DNA of 63,980 nucleotides, counting the filler, from Acidimicrobiia bacterium (GTDB taxonomy: Bacteria; Actinomycetota; Acidimicrobiia; Spongiisociales; SHLN01), in the NCBI GenBank assembly GCA_041619515.1. It is 3 parts of 3 records of this genome, joined end to end, with 100 filler letters (N's around TTAATTAATTAA, not from the genome) between each part and the next. Parts side by side here need not be neighbours in the genome. Positions count along the whole stretch, not along the records: positions 1 to 29,087 come from JBFKDW010000035.1; 2 more parts are not named here. One strand, given 5' to 3'. This document shows, piece after piece, positions 1-9,684 of the stretch. The notes below the pieces were generated by a model. It searched no databases. It was not told where the DNA came from and saw nothing but the letters and a program-made list of their open reading frames with translations. The stretch's first letter is position 1; each line of letters begins with the position of its first letter. A program made the translations under genes and the position numbers.

Positions 1-2
1 CC

Positions 3-860
3 CGTCCCGGCCCCTCGGCGGGGGCAACCACGGCTCCGTCCACCGTGGTCCCGGCCCGGCCCCCGTTTTGTGCCGATCGGTCCGAGGGCGAGACGGTTGG
101 GTCGATCGCATCGGCCGAACTGGACGAGATCTCGGGGGCAGTGCTCAGTCGCGCCCACCCCGGCGTGCTGTGGCTGCACAACGATTCGGGGAGCCGGGCT
201 GCGGTGTACGCCGCCTCCACGTCGGGAGACGATCTCGGGGAGGTGTCGCTGCCGGATCTGCCTGCGCGCGACTGGGAGGATATCGCCATCGGGCCGGGGC
301 CCGTTCCCGGCGTCGACTACCTGTACATCGCCGATATCGGCGACAACCAGGAGCGGCGGGACACCGCCCAGATCCACCGGGTTCCCGAGCCCACCCTGGG
401 GAGTGTGAGCATGAGTGGAGGCGAAACGCTCACCTTCACGTACCCGACCGGTCCGACCGATGCGGAGACGCTCATCGTGGACCCGGCCAGCGGCGACATG
501 GTGATCGCCGGCAAAGCGCTCTCGGGCGTAACCCCGCTGTTCGGTTTGCCGGGAGATGCCGACTGGGCGGCGCCACAGCTCGCCGACTATCTCGGGGAAA
601 TCGAGCTGGGCAGCTTTGCGGTGCTCACCGGCGGTGATGCCGACCGCGCCATCATCGTGATGCGCACCTACGACGAAGTATTCGCCTGGCAGCGTGAGGA
701 GGCCCGGAGCCTGGCAGAAACCCTGCTCACCCCTCCCTGTCGCATCGCCTCGATCCGGGAGAGCCAGGGAGAGGCGATCGCGCTCGGCGAGGGAAACGTG
801 TTCTACACGGTGAGCGAGGGCCTCAACCAGCCGATTCAACGGTTCAGCCCCGCCGCCTGA
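3..860 (+). CDS. Secreted beta-propeller-like hypothetical protein (SdiA-regulated/phytase-like type), 5'-truncated
   Basis: Motifs EISG...LWLHNDSG, DWEDIA, YIADIGDN, DAETL, QGEAIA. The frame is open back to the window start with a Pro/Thr-rich linker. Confidence 0.6.
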   Translation, partial: RPGPSAGATTAPSTVVPARPPFCADRSEGETVGSIASAELDEISGAVLSRAHPGVLWLHNDSGSRAAVYAASTSGDDLGEVSLPDLPARDWEDIAIGPGPVPGVDYLYIADIGDNQERRDTAQIHRVPEPTLGSVSMSGGETLTFTYPTGPTDAETLIVDPASGDMVIAGKALSGVTPLFGLPGDADWAAPQLADYLGEIELGSFAVLTGGDADRAIIVMRTYDEVFAWQREEARSLAETLLTPPCRIASIRESQGEAIALGEGNVFYTVSEGLNQPIQRFSPAA

Positions 861-922
861 ACGGCTTCAGCGTCCTTTCAGGTCGCGTTTCGTAGGTTTG
901 GGGGCAACGAAAGGACCGCTCT

Positions 923-1246
923 ATGAAGACACGCACCAAGCTCATCATCTCCGGCGCCGCAGTCGCCGCCCTCTCCGTCGCCGGTGCCGGTGCCGCCCTC
1001 AGCACCAACGACGACGACGGCACCGAGGTCCCGATCACGGGCATCGAACTGGAGCGGGCGAGTGCCGCCGCCCTCGCGCACACCGGTGGCGGCACCGTGA
1101 CCGAGACCGAGGTAGGCGACGAGGAAAGCTACTACGAGGTAGAGGTCCGCAAGCCGGATGGAACGTCGGTGGACGTCCAGCTCGACGAGCAGTTCAACGT
1201 GGTAGACGCAACCCCAGACGACGACAGCGTCGACGACAACGACTAG
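923..1246 (+). CDS. PepSY domain secreted protein
   Basis: Signal peptide, then A-A-A-AL...GG-VTETE...YYEVEV...G..VDVQLD PepSY pattern; AAGGA RBS upstream. Confidence 0.8.
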   Translation: MKTRTKLIISGAAVAALSVAGAGAALSTNDDDGTEVPITGIELERASAAALAHTGGGTVTETEVGDEESYYEVEVRKPDGTSVDVQLDEQFNVVDATPDDDSVDDND

Positions 1247-1321
1247 TCGCCTGCCCGGCGGCGATCAAAAGCGAGGGGATGCTGCCCTGCCCGGCGGGAT
1301 TCCGTCTCCAGCCGGAGCGCC

Positions 1322-2485
1322 CTAGCCATCGAACCATTCGAAATGGCCGGGGTCGGGATTGACCCAGATGTGGCCCGAGGTGAGCCCGACGCCGTACAGG
1401 GCAACCAGCAGGTCCGGGTTGGTTGGTGAAAAGGGACCATCGAGAGGCTCGAAGAAGTTGATGTCGGCGGCGGCACCGAACGAATGATGGGAGATGGCCT
1501 GGCGCCCGGCTATGTAGCGGGCATTCCAGCAACCGCTGAAGGACGCCGGGTTGACGACCGCTCCCTTGCCGGCTTCCTCGAGCGCGGTCATCGCCTCTCG
1601 CAACATGTCGAGAAACAGCCGGTGACAGGTCACGCTCCCCAGCAGCGGGATGGTCTCGGTCACGATGTTCTGCTGGCGCCAGGCCGGCTCCTGCTCGAAG
1701 CCACCTCCCCCCGGACGGATGGTGAACTCGCCGAAGCGTTCCTTGAAGGCAGCCTGAGATCGAACCGAGTCGCCGTGGCGAAACACCAGCACCTCCCCCC
1801 ATGATCTGATTGTGACCGGATCCCCGTCGAAGGACTGCACCGCCCGCTCCAGATCGGCGCGATCGCCTTCGAACCAGAACACGGCGTACTTGTCGAGGAA
1901 GTCGGCGAACACCTCCGGATCGTCGCGGGCGGTGACGATCTCGGCATCTCCTACATAGGCATCGTCGACGACACCGGCCACGGTCACCACGGTCCCTCCG
2001 GTGAACGTGATCGTGTCGCCGGCGGTGAGGCGGCGCAACGCCGCCGAAGTCGACCCGAGCATCACCTCGTCGTCGGCCATGCTCGCGAGAATGGAGGCGG
2101 CAGGGGCAGGCAGGAACTCGGCGTGGGAAGCGGGGTCTACCGCGTGCACCTCGACCGGGATGACGAAGCCGTCGGCCGGCTCGTCCACCACTGTGCCGTC
2201 TGCCCGGTGGGTGTTGACGATCCTGGCATCACCCACCCGCACCAGTGAGACGGTCCCTACCCCCGGGACGGCCGACAGGTCGGCTGCGAACGACTCGACC
2301 AGCTCGGCCGGCTGCCAGGCGAGGTGCCAGTGGTTGGGTGGCGGCGTGGTAGTGGCCGGTCCGCCGGTGGAGGTGGTGGTCGGCGACGCGGTCGGCGGCA
2401 CCGATCCGGTAATGGGAACCGGATTCCCGTCGGCGGCGCTGCAGGCAGTCGCCACGAGCGCAACGCCGAGAACAAATCTTCGCAT
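1322..2485 (-). CDS. Lipoprotein with C-terminal M15-family (D,D-carboxypeptidase-like) zinc peptidase domain
   Basis: Lipobox VATAC, Thr-rich linker, Zn ligands SHHSFGAAAD and DPGHFEW; start refined to MRRFVLG. Confidence 0.75.
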   Translation of the reverse strand: MRRFVLGVALVATACSAADGNPVPITGSVPPTASPTTTSTGGPATTTPPPNHWHLAWQPAELVESFAADLSAVPGVGTVSLVRVGDARIVNTHRADGTVVDEPADGFVIPVEVHAVDPASHAEFLPAPAASILASMADDEVMLGSTSAALRRLTAGDTITFTGGTVVTVAGVVDDAYVGDAEIVTARDDPEVFADFLDKYAVFWFEGDRADLERAVQSFDGDPVTIRSWGEVLVFRHGDSVRSQAAFKERFGEFTIRPGGGGFEQEPAWRQQNIVTETIPLLGSVTCHRLFLDMLREAMTALEEAGKGAVVNPASFSGCWNARYIAGRQAISHHSFGAAADINFFEPLDGPFSPTNPDLLVALYGVGLTSGHIWVNPDPGHFEWFDG

Positions 2486-2652
2486 CGAGCGACGATAGCC
2501 CCGGCCCGATGCAAGGCGCGCGATCCTCCGGCTGCCAAAGGTGCATCCCCGGCTGCAGGCCGCGGTATCGTCTCGCACGCACTTCCAATCGACACTACGA
2601 TGAGCGGTTGAGGGTCACAGAGGGTGGCCGACCTGATCAGGCGGAGAAACAC

Positions 2653-4176
2653 GTGCTCACGACAGCGAAATACCTCGGCGCCGTCCTGCTGATGGTGGCG
2701 GCCGGCCTTGCCATCCCGCCCGGCCCGGCGGCGGCGGCCGGGCCCACCCGCATCATGCTGGTGGGCGATTCGATCACAGAAGGCGTCGACGGCGACACCG
2801 CCTACCGCTGCGACCTGTGGAACGCGCTCGTTCCGGAGTTCGCGGTCGATTTCGTGGGAAATCAGGCACCGCGCGGCACGTGCGGGACCACGGGCTTCGA
2901 CCCCGACCACGAAGGCCGGGGCGGGGCCACCACCGCCGAGCGGCTGGACGAGATGGACCCGAACTCATTTGCGCTCGCCTACGACGCCGTTCTCGTCCAC
3001 ATGGGGACCAACGACACCAACGGCGTGGACTTCGGCTGGGATCAGGACTACGTCAGCAACACCCTCGAGCCCACCTACCGGTCGATGGTAGCCAAGCTGC
3101 GCCAGAACAACCCGGCGGTCACCATCTACCTCGCCCAGCTGATCCCCTGCGACCTCTCGCCGAACGCCGGCGCCGGCTACCTCGGCTGCGACGTCACCCA
3201 CAACGGCGGTCCCGACAACAACGGGCAGCCGGTCGAGGGCATGAACGACGTGTGGGCCCGCATCGCCGCCGACTCGTCCACCCCCCAATCCCCCATCATC
3301 CTCGTCGACCACCGCGCCGGGTTCTTCGTGAGCACCGACCTCAAGGCCGACAAGGTGCACCCGAATGCGTCGGGGCGGGCCAAGATGGCCGCCAAATGGG
3401 CCGCCGCCCTCCGGCCGCAGCTCGAGAGCAACGACCTCGCCGACGAGGTCTTGCTGGTCGAGCCGAACGGCCGCTGGCATATCCGCATCCCCGGGCAGCC
3501 GGATCGCACCTTCTGGTACGGCAACCCCGGCGACGTGCCCCTGTTCGGAGACTGGAACGGTGACGGTGTCGCCACCCCGGGCGCATGGCGACAGGGTCCC
3601 GGTGGCGGCTTCGCCTACATGACGAACACACTGCCGGCCAACGGGCAGGCCGGCATCGCCGAGTTCACCTTCTTCTTCGGGATTCCGGGCGATCAGGTCT
3701 TCGTCGGGGACTGGAACGGCGACAACCGCGACACGCTCGGCATCAACCGCAACGGCCACATCTTCCTGACCGACAGCAACGGAACCGGCGGACAACCGGT
3801 GCCGACCGACTACGACTTCTGGTTCGGAAACGCCGGTGATCGCGCCTTCGGCGGCGACGCCGACGGGGACGGCAAGGACGCCGTGTTCCTGTACCGGGCA
3901 TCGGACGGGTTCGTCTACTACACGAACCAGACCCCGGTGGGCCCCGGGGCAGTGGCAGCCACCGCCGACTTCTACTTCTTCGGCGTCGCCTCGGACGTCT
4001 TCGTGTCGGGCGACTGGAACCAGGACGGCATCGACACCGCCGGCATCTACCGCCCGTCCAACACCACGGTCTATCTCAGCAACACCAACGCCGGCGGCGG
4101 ATCCCCCGCCCCCACCGACGTCTCCTATTTCTGGGGCTCCGGAAGCTGGACCCCGGTCGCCGGGCGCTGGGAGTAG
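2653..4176 (+). CDS. Secreted SGNH/GDSL hydrolase with C-terminal GDW(N/D)GDG (FG-GAP/VCBS-like) repeats
   Basis: Signal peptide; GDS, GTND and DKVHPN catalytic blocks; four GDWNGDG-like repeats; start refined to GTG 2653. Confidence 0.8.
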   Translation: MLTTAKYLGAVLLMVAAGLAIPPGPAAAAGPTRIMLVGDSITEGVDGDTAYRCDLWNALVPEFAVDFVGNQAPRGTCGTTGFDPDHEGRGGATTAERLDEMDPNSFALAYDAVLVHMGTNDTNGVDFGWDQDYVSNTLEPTYRSMVAKLRQNNPAVTIYLAQLIPCDLSPNAGAGYLGCDVTHNGGPDNNGQPVEGMNDVWARIAADSSTPQSPIILVDHRAGFFVSTDLKADKVHPNASGRAKMAAKWAAALRPQLESNDLADEVLLVEPNGRWHIRIPGQPDRTFWYGNPGDVPLFGDWNGDGVATPGAWRQGPGGGFAYMTNTLPANGQAGIAEFTFFFGIPGDQVFVGDWNGDNRDTLGINRNGHIFLTDSNGTGGQPVPTDYDFWFGNAGDRAFGGDADGDGKDAVFLYRASDGFVYYTNQTPVGPGAVAATADFYFFGVASDVFVSGDWNQDGIDTAGIYRPSNTTVYLSNTNAGGGSPAPTDVSYFWGSGSWTPVAGRWE

Positions 4177-4214
4177 CCAGGCCGGGCACGGCAGCCGCAC
4201 CGCGCCAGACGGGC

Positions 4215-4664
4215 TCAGTACTCGCCGTCCTCCTCGCCGCCCCGCTCGGCGGCGGCGTCGGTCAGCAGCGGAACATATTGCGCGGCGATGCCGGTGGCCA
4301 CCGCCGCCGCCGCCGGCGCCACCAGATGGCCGAGAGGGATGATGATGGGATCATCCCCGATGTTAAACTCGAACTCGGGGAGCAGCAGGGTCACTACGGT
4401 CACCAGCAGCCAGATGCCGGCCGTGCTGAGCGCAATCCCGACCCAGGCGTTCCGCTGGTCATCGGGAGTGGGGTGGCGGATGACGAGCGCCCGCAACACG
4501 TAGCTGGAGGCGGCAGCTCCCGACATCCAGGTCACCGCCGGGATGAGCGGGAATGTGTCGCGGTCGGCGCCGTAGACCAGGTCCGGTGAACCGAGGCTGA
4601 TGATGGCGACGCCAACCCAGATGCTGCCAAGGGCGAGCACCACCCACGCCAGGTTCCGTTGCAT
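4215..4664 (-). CDS. Hypothetical membrane protein (about 4 TM)
   Basis: Four hydrophobic segments; AGAGGG upstream. Confidence 0.65.
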   Translation of the reverse strand: MQRNLAWVVLALGSIWVGVAIISLGSPDLVYGADRDTFPLIPAVTWMSGAAASSYVLRALVIRHPTPDDQRNAWVGIALSTAGIWLLVTVVTLLLPEFEFNIGDDPIIIPLGHLVAPAAAAVATGIAAQYVPLLTDAAAERGGEEDGEY

Positions 4665-4768
4665 GCACTGCCCTCTTGACTCGTACGGGCGCCGCGGTCG
4701 GCCGACCGGGTTGCTTCGCCCGCAACTTCCTTGCCGAGGACAAGGTAGCGCGCATCAGGCCCGGCTGC

Positions 4769-6013
4769 TCAATCTGGCGACGGTGGCGCCACCGGCTGCG
4801 GCATCCCCTCGCCATCGATCAGGACCGTGAGAGTGGCGCCGGCCCGGCGCAGCGTCGCCTCCACTGCGCTCGGGTCATGACCACCGGCGAACACGAACCC
4901 GAGGTATCTGTCACCTTCCGGGAGAGCGAGCACTCTGCGCCCCAGCGGGGTTGTGAGGGTGACACCGTCGACTCCGCCCATGGCCCTGACCTCGTCCAGC
5001 CCTTCGATCCCGGAGAAGACGCCCGAGGCGGGGATCGGGAGCATGAGCACCCCGGTCGCCGGGCGGGCAGGCGACGTGTCCAGCATCGGCATGTCGAGGG
5101 CGCTCCGCAGGACGATGACCTCGAGCGACTCGCCCACCAGGCCGAAGCTCAGCGCTCGTCCACACAAGCCGCCGATGGAGCGAGCGGCGATCTCGAGCAA
5201 CCGGACCGATCCGTCGCTTCCGACCCGGATCTCGGCATGAACCGGTCCCGACTCCAGACCGAGTGCCCGGGTCCCGGCGGCGGCGAGCGCCACCGACCCA
5301 TCCTGCACCCAGCGCGGCTGACGAGACGGTGTGACGAGCAGAGTCTCCTCGAAGAACGGGCCGGTCATCGGGTCCGGCTTGTCGATGAGAGCCAGCACCT
5401 CCAACCGGCCGTCGACCAGCAGACCCTCGACCACCAGCTCCGAGCCGGGCAGGTATTCCTCGGCCAGGAGAGCCTGGCGACCATCGAGGCCGGACCCATC
5501 GAGCATGTTCCGGATGCGGGCCTCCGCCCGGCGGGCGCCGGCGGCGTCGTCGGCGCGGATCACTCCCCGGCTGGCCGATAGCCCGGTCGGTTTGATCACA
5601 ACCGGAAAGCCGAGCTCGGCGGCCACCGCCGGTCCGGTGCCCGGGGCGACCACAGCAAACCGGGGCTGGGCAACCCCTGCCGCCTGCAGCAACGTCCTCA
5701 TCGCATGCTTGTCGCGGGTGGCGGTGGCCGCCTCCATAGGATTGTGTGCCAGCCCGAGGTCCCCGGCCGCCCTGGCAGCCACCGCCACCCCCTGGTCGTC
5801 GATGGCGACGACCGCGTCCGGTTGCGGGTCGAGCGCGGTGATCGCCGCCGAGGCAGCTTCGGGATCCGACAAATCGATCCGCAGCTGAGCGGCGGACAGG
5901 ACCGGAGCGACGTCGCCGGCCACGATCACCTCGACCTGAAGGAGCCGTGCCGCCGCCACGAAATCGCCGGTCCGATAGGAGTGGGCGGAGGCGACGATCA
6001 CGACACGTTTCAT
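4769..6013 (-). CDS. ATP-grasp domain protein (L-amino acid ligase-like)
   Basis: RDKHAMR, FPVVIKP, SASRGV, EEYLPGSE, HAEIR, LLEIAAR motifs; start 6013 or 6022. Confidence 0.8.
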   Translation of the reverse strand: MKRVVIVASAHSYRTGDFVAAARLLQVEVIVAGDVAPVLSAAQLRIDLSDPEAASAAITALDPQPDAVVAIDDQGVAVAARAAGDLGLAHNPMEAATATRDKHAMRTLLQAAGVAQPRFAVVAPGTGPAVAAELGFPVVIKPTGLSASRGVIRADDAAGARRAEARIRNMLDGSGLDGRQALLAEEYLPGSELVVEGLLVDGRLEVLALIDKPDPMTGPFFEETLLVTPSRQPRWVQDGSVALAAAGTRALGLESGPVHAEIRVGSDGSVRLLEIAARSIGGLCGRALSFGLVGESLEVIVLRSALDMPMLDTSPARPATGVLMLPIPASGVFSGIEGLDEVRAMGGVDGVTLTTPLGRRVLALPEGDRYLGFVFAGGHDPSAVEATLRRAGATLTVLIDGEGMPQPVAPPSPD

Positions 6014-6066
6014 GGGCACCATGATGGCGCGACCCGCAGCGTGGCGGGTTCACCTACGATATGCAC

Positions 6067-6696
6067 ATGCACGCCGAGCCCATTCTCTCAGTTGCGCCCC
6101 AGGCGCTGGAACGACTGCTCGACATCCGCAACCAGGAACCGGATGCCGACGAGCTCGGACTGGTGCTGGCCATCACCGGCGTCGCTGATGGCCGATACAC
6201 CTACGAAATGGCCCTGATGCTGCTCGACCCCCCACCGGCCGGAGCTCACCTCGAGGAGCACGGCGGGTTGACGCTCGTCATCCCCTCCGGAGACGTGGAA
6301 AACCTGCGCGGCGCGGAGGTCAAGATGTCCCGCGACCTGTTGAATCCAGGCCTCACGCTCGAAAACCCGAATTCGCCGAGCCCTCGCGTGCTCGGAGATG
6401 GCCCGCTCCCAGAATTGGAAGGTGAGGTGGCGGAACGGGTAGTCCAGGTCGTCAGAGAGATGATCAACCCGGCGATTGCTTCCCACGGAGGCGTGGCCGA
6501 GGTCGTCGCAGTTGAGGACGGCACCGTGTACGTTCGCCTGGGGGGCGGCTGCCAGGGATGCGGCATGGCGACGGTGACTCTGTCACAGGGCATCGAGTCG
6601 ACGCTGCGCCAGACCGTTCCCGAGATCACCAAAGTGGTTGACGTCACCGACCACGCCGGCGGCACGAACCCCTACTACGAGCAGGCGAAGAAGTAA
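6067..6696 (+). CDS. nfuA: NfuA-like Fe-S cluster carrier (degenerate A-type domain plus NifU-C domain)
   Basis: INPAIASHGG, GGGCQGC, VDVTDHxxGTNPYY. Confidence 0.85.
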   Translation: MHAEPILSVAPQALERLLDIRNQEPDADELGLVLAITGVADGRYTYEMALMLLDPPPAGAHLEEHGGLTLVIPSGDVENLRGAEVKMSRDLLNPGLTLENPNSPSPRVLGDGPLPELEGEVAERVVQVVREMINPAIASHGGVAEVVAVEDGTVYVRLGGGCQGCGMATVTLSQGIESTLRQTVPEITKVVDVTDHAGGTNPYYEQAKK

Positions 6697-6729
6697 CCGC
6701 CCGCGCCCGCTCGGCGTCATCTGGCACGA

Positions 6730-7422
6730 CTACACGATGAAGGCGGCCACAGTGGCGAGAGAATTGACCGCCACATGTGCCAGATAGGGTGCCAGCAGGC
6801 TGCCGCTCTTCAATCGAAGCCAGCAGAACACCACCCCGGCAGTCGTCGTGGCGGCGATGGCCGCCACCACCGCCAGAGCCCGTTCGGGGCCGCCGGCGGC
6901 GAGATCGTTCTCGGCCAGCAGGTCGAGGGCCGGGCGGACATGCCAGAGACCGAACACCATGCTCGATCCGAGCACTGCCGTCCGGACGGGGCTGAGACGC
7001 AGCCACGCCCCCAGCAGGACACCGCGAAACGCCACCTCCTCCAGCAAGACGGTGCCGAGCGGTATCCGGACGAGGGCCCGATAGGCAAGCAAGCCGGGGC
7101 CGATCCCGGCGGTGCGAGCGTCGTCGAACAGGGGCCGGAATCCGGGCACCAGCGCGGCCAGCGCCAGCACGAGCGCAGCCAGCGCCGCCGCCGCCGCCCC
7201 CCAGCGCAGCCCGGCGGGCACTGCACTGCCGTCGAGCCCGAGATCCCTGCTCCCGAGGCCTATGCGCCGGCTCAAGAGCAGGAGTCCGGCGGCGGCGACC
7301 AGGTTGACCGGCACATACCAGGCGGGCGGCAGGCCGAACGCGCTGTAGCCGATCAACCCCGCCGAGATGAGCAAAACACGTCTGTGCCGGGGGCTAGAGG
7401 TGTCTGGAGTGGGAGACGGCAC
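6730..7422 (-). CDS. CPBP (Abi/CAAX) family intramembrane metalloprotease
   Basis: EExxFRG, FGLWH, HVAVN motifs; multiple TM helices. Confidence 0.85.
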   Translation of the reverse strand: MPSPTPDTSSPRHRRVLLISAGLIGYSAFGLPPAWYVPVNLVAAAGLLLLSRRIGLGSRDLGLDGSAVPAGLRWGAAAAALAALVLALAALVPGFRPLFDDARTAGIGPGLLAYRALVRIPLGTVLLEEVAFRGVLLGAWLRLSPVRTAVLGSSMVFGLWHVRPALDLLAENDLAAGGPERALAVVAAIAATTTAGVVFCWLRLKSGSLLAPYLAHVAVNSLATVAAFIV

Positions 7423-7481
7423 GGGGTGACCGTAGCCCCTTCGATTCGTGATTCACCAGCCCGATGAGCAGACTTGGGCCC

Positions 7482-9680
7482 ATGGATCTCACACACTTCA
7501 CATTTGACATCGACGCCGACGGCCTCGCCACCGTGCTGATGGATCGAGCCGGCGAGGAACTCAACACACTCTCGCCCGAGACCGGGGCCGAGCTCGAGGT
7601 GATACTCGATCGCCTCGAGCAGGATCCTTCGATCCGGGCCGTGGTGATCGGGTCGGCCAAGCCGGACAACTTTCTGGCCGGAGCGGACATCCACTGGTTC
7701 GCCACCCTGCGGGATGCGGCCGAGGCGGAGGCGGCGATCAAAGCCGGCCAGGATGGGTTCGGCCGGCTGGAGGCACTGCACCGCCAGCACGGCAAGCCGG
7801 TGGTGGCGGCGATCCACGGGGCCTGTCTCGGTGGCGGCCTCGAGCTGGCATTGGCGTGCGGGGCTCGCGTCTCATCCGACGACGAGAAGCGAACCCAGCT
7901 CGGCCAGCCCGAGGTGCAACTCGGACTGCTTCCCGGGGCCGGTGGAACCCAGCGCTTGCCGCGGCTCATCGGGATCGCGGACGCACTCGGGCTCATTTTG
8001 ACCGGCAGGCCGGTCCGGCCCGGCCGGGCACTCAAGCTCGGCCTGGTCGACGAGGTCGTGCCCAAAGAGCGCCTGCTGGAGGCGGCCCGGGCGCGGGCGT
8101 GGCGAGCCCTCGACCCTCCGCCGTCGCCGCCGTCGACTCTGGCCGACCGCCTCAAGGCGCATCTCACGCCGTCTGCTTTGCAGGGGGCGGCGCTGGAGGG
8201 CAACCCGATCGGGCGCCGGATCCTGTTTGCCCAGGCGGAGAAGAAGATGCTGGCCGAGACCCGGGGCAACTACCCCGCACCGAAGGCGGCCCTCGAGTGC
8301 GTTCGCATCGGATTCGAGCGCGGCGTGGAAGCCGGGCTCCGAGCGGAGCGTGAGGCGTTTGGGCGTCTGGTCGTCTCACCCGAATCCAGGGCACTGCGAG
8401 CCATCTTCTTCGCAACCCAGGAGTTGAAACGCGATCCCGGAATCGCCGGTGAAGCCGAGCCACGCGAAATCGAATCGGTGGGGGTGCTCGGAGGCGGCCT
8501 GATGGGCGGCGGGATCGCAGCCGTCAACGCCACCCGGGCCGAGGTTCGCTCCATAATCAAGGAGGTCGACGCCGACGGGGTGGCACGGGGAGTGGGCTAC
8601 GTCCAGCGAGTGCTGGACGGGCAGGTCAAGCGCCGCCGGATCCAAAAGGCGGACGCCTGGCTGGCCATGCAGCGCCGGGTGAAGGGGACAACCGAATACG
8701 AAGACCTCGCCGGCGTCGGGCTTGTCATCGAAGCAGTGTTCGAGGACCTCGAGCTCAAGCGGGCCGTGCTGGCCGAAACCGAGGCGGTGACCGGCCCTGA
8801 CACGGTCTTCGCCACCAACACGTCGTCCATTCCGATCGGCGACATCGCCGCTCACGCCCGACGACCGGCCAACGTCATCGGCATGCATTACTTCTCACCG
8901 GTAGAGAAGATGCCGCTCCTGGAGGTCATCGTGACCCCCGAAACGGCCGATTGGGTCACCGCCACGGCGGTGGCGTTCGGCAAGCGGCAGGGCAAGACGG
9001 TCATCGTGGTCAACGACGCAACCGGCTTCTACACCACCCGCATCATCGGGCCCTACTCGGCGGAGGTGCTGTTCCTGCTGGAGGATGGCGCCACCATCGA
9101 CGAGATAGACGAGGCGATGGTGGCGTGGGGCTTTCCGGTCGGCCCCGTCACGCTGAGCGACGAGGTGGGGATCGACGTGGGCGTCAAGATCGGCAAGATC
9201 CTGGAGCAGGCCTTCGGCGAGCGAATGCGCGCCCCGGCCTCCTTCGCCGCCCTCGCCGCCGACGGCCGCCAGGGCCGCAAGAACGGCCGCGGGTTCTATC
9301 GCTACGAGGATGGCAAGAAGCAAGGTGTCGACGACTCGGTGTACCGAGTGCTCGGCGTGACCCCAGCGCCGGATACCGTCACCAGGGCGGAGATCCAGAA
9401 TCGCCTGTCACTCCAGATGATCAACGAGGCGGTCCGCTGCCTCGAGGAGGGAGTGCTGCGCTCGGCGAGGGACGGAGACATCGGAGCAGTCATGGGCCTC
9501 GGATTCCCCCCCTTCCGGGGCGGCCCGTTCCGGTGGGTCGACCAGCTGGGGGCCCCGGTCGTCGTGGAGCAGCTCCAGCGGCTCGCCAAGGAGCACGGCA
9601 ACCGCTTCCTTCCCGCACAGAAGCTCGTCGACCTGGCAGACCGGGGCGCGAGCTTCTTCGGCCCCGACGCCGCCCGGTGA
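7482..9680 (+). CDS. fadJ: Fatty acid oxidation complex alpha subunit (enoyl-CoA hydratase/3-hydroxyacyl-CoA dehydrogenase), FadJ-type
   Basis: FLAGADI, GACLGGGLELAL, PEVQLGLLPGAGGTQRLPRLIG, GGGLMG, EAVFE, NTSS, GMHYFSPVEKMPLLE, GFPPFRGGPF. Confidence 0.9.
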   Translation: MDLTHFTFDIDADGLATVLMDRAGEELNTLSPETGAELEVILDRLEQDPSIRAVVIGSAKPDNFLAGADIHWFATLRDAAEAEAAIKAGQDGFGRLEALHRQHGKPVVAAIHGACLGGGLELALACGARVSSDDEKRTQLGQPEVQLGLLPGAGGTQRLPRLIGIADALGLILTGRPVRPGRALKLGLVDEVVPKERLLEAARARAWRALDPPPSPPSTLADRLKAHLTPSALQGAALEGNPIGRRILFAQAEKKMLAETRGNYPAPKAALECVRIGFERGVEAGLRAEREAFGRLVVSPESRALRAIFFATQELKRDPGIAGEAEPREIESVGVLGGGLMGGGIAAVNATRAEVRSIIKEVDADGVARGVGYVQRVLDGQVKRRRIQKADAWLAMQRRVKGTTEYEDLAGVGLVIEAVFEDLELKRAVLAETEAVTGPDTVFATNTSSIPIGDIAAHARRPANVIGMHYFSPVEKMPLLEVIVTPETADWVTATAVAFGKRQGKTVIVVNDATGFYTTRIIGPYSAEVLFLLEDGATIDEIDEAMVAWGFPVGPVTLSDEVGIDVGVKIGKILEQAFGERMRAPASFAALAADGRQGRKNGRGFYRYEDGKKQGVDDSVYRVLGVTPAPDTVTRAEIQNRLSLQMINEAVRCLEEGVLRSARDGDIGAVMGLGFPPFRGGPFRWVDQLGAPVVVEQLQRLAKEHGNRFLPAQKLVDLADRGASFFGPDAAR

Positions 9681-9684
9681 CCGG

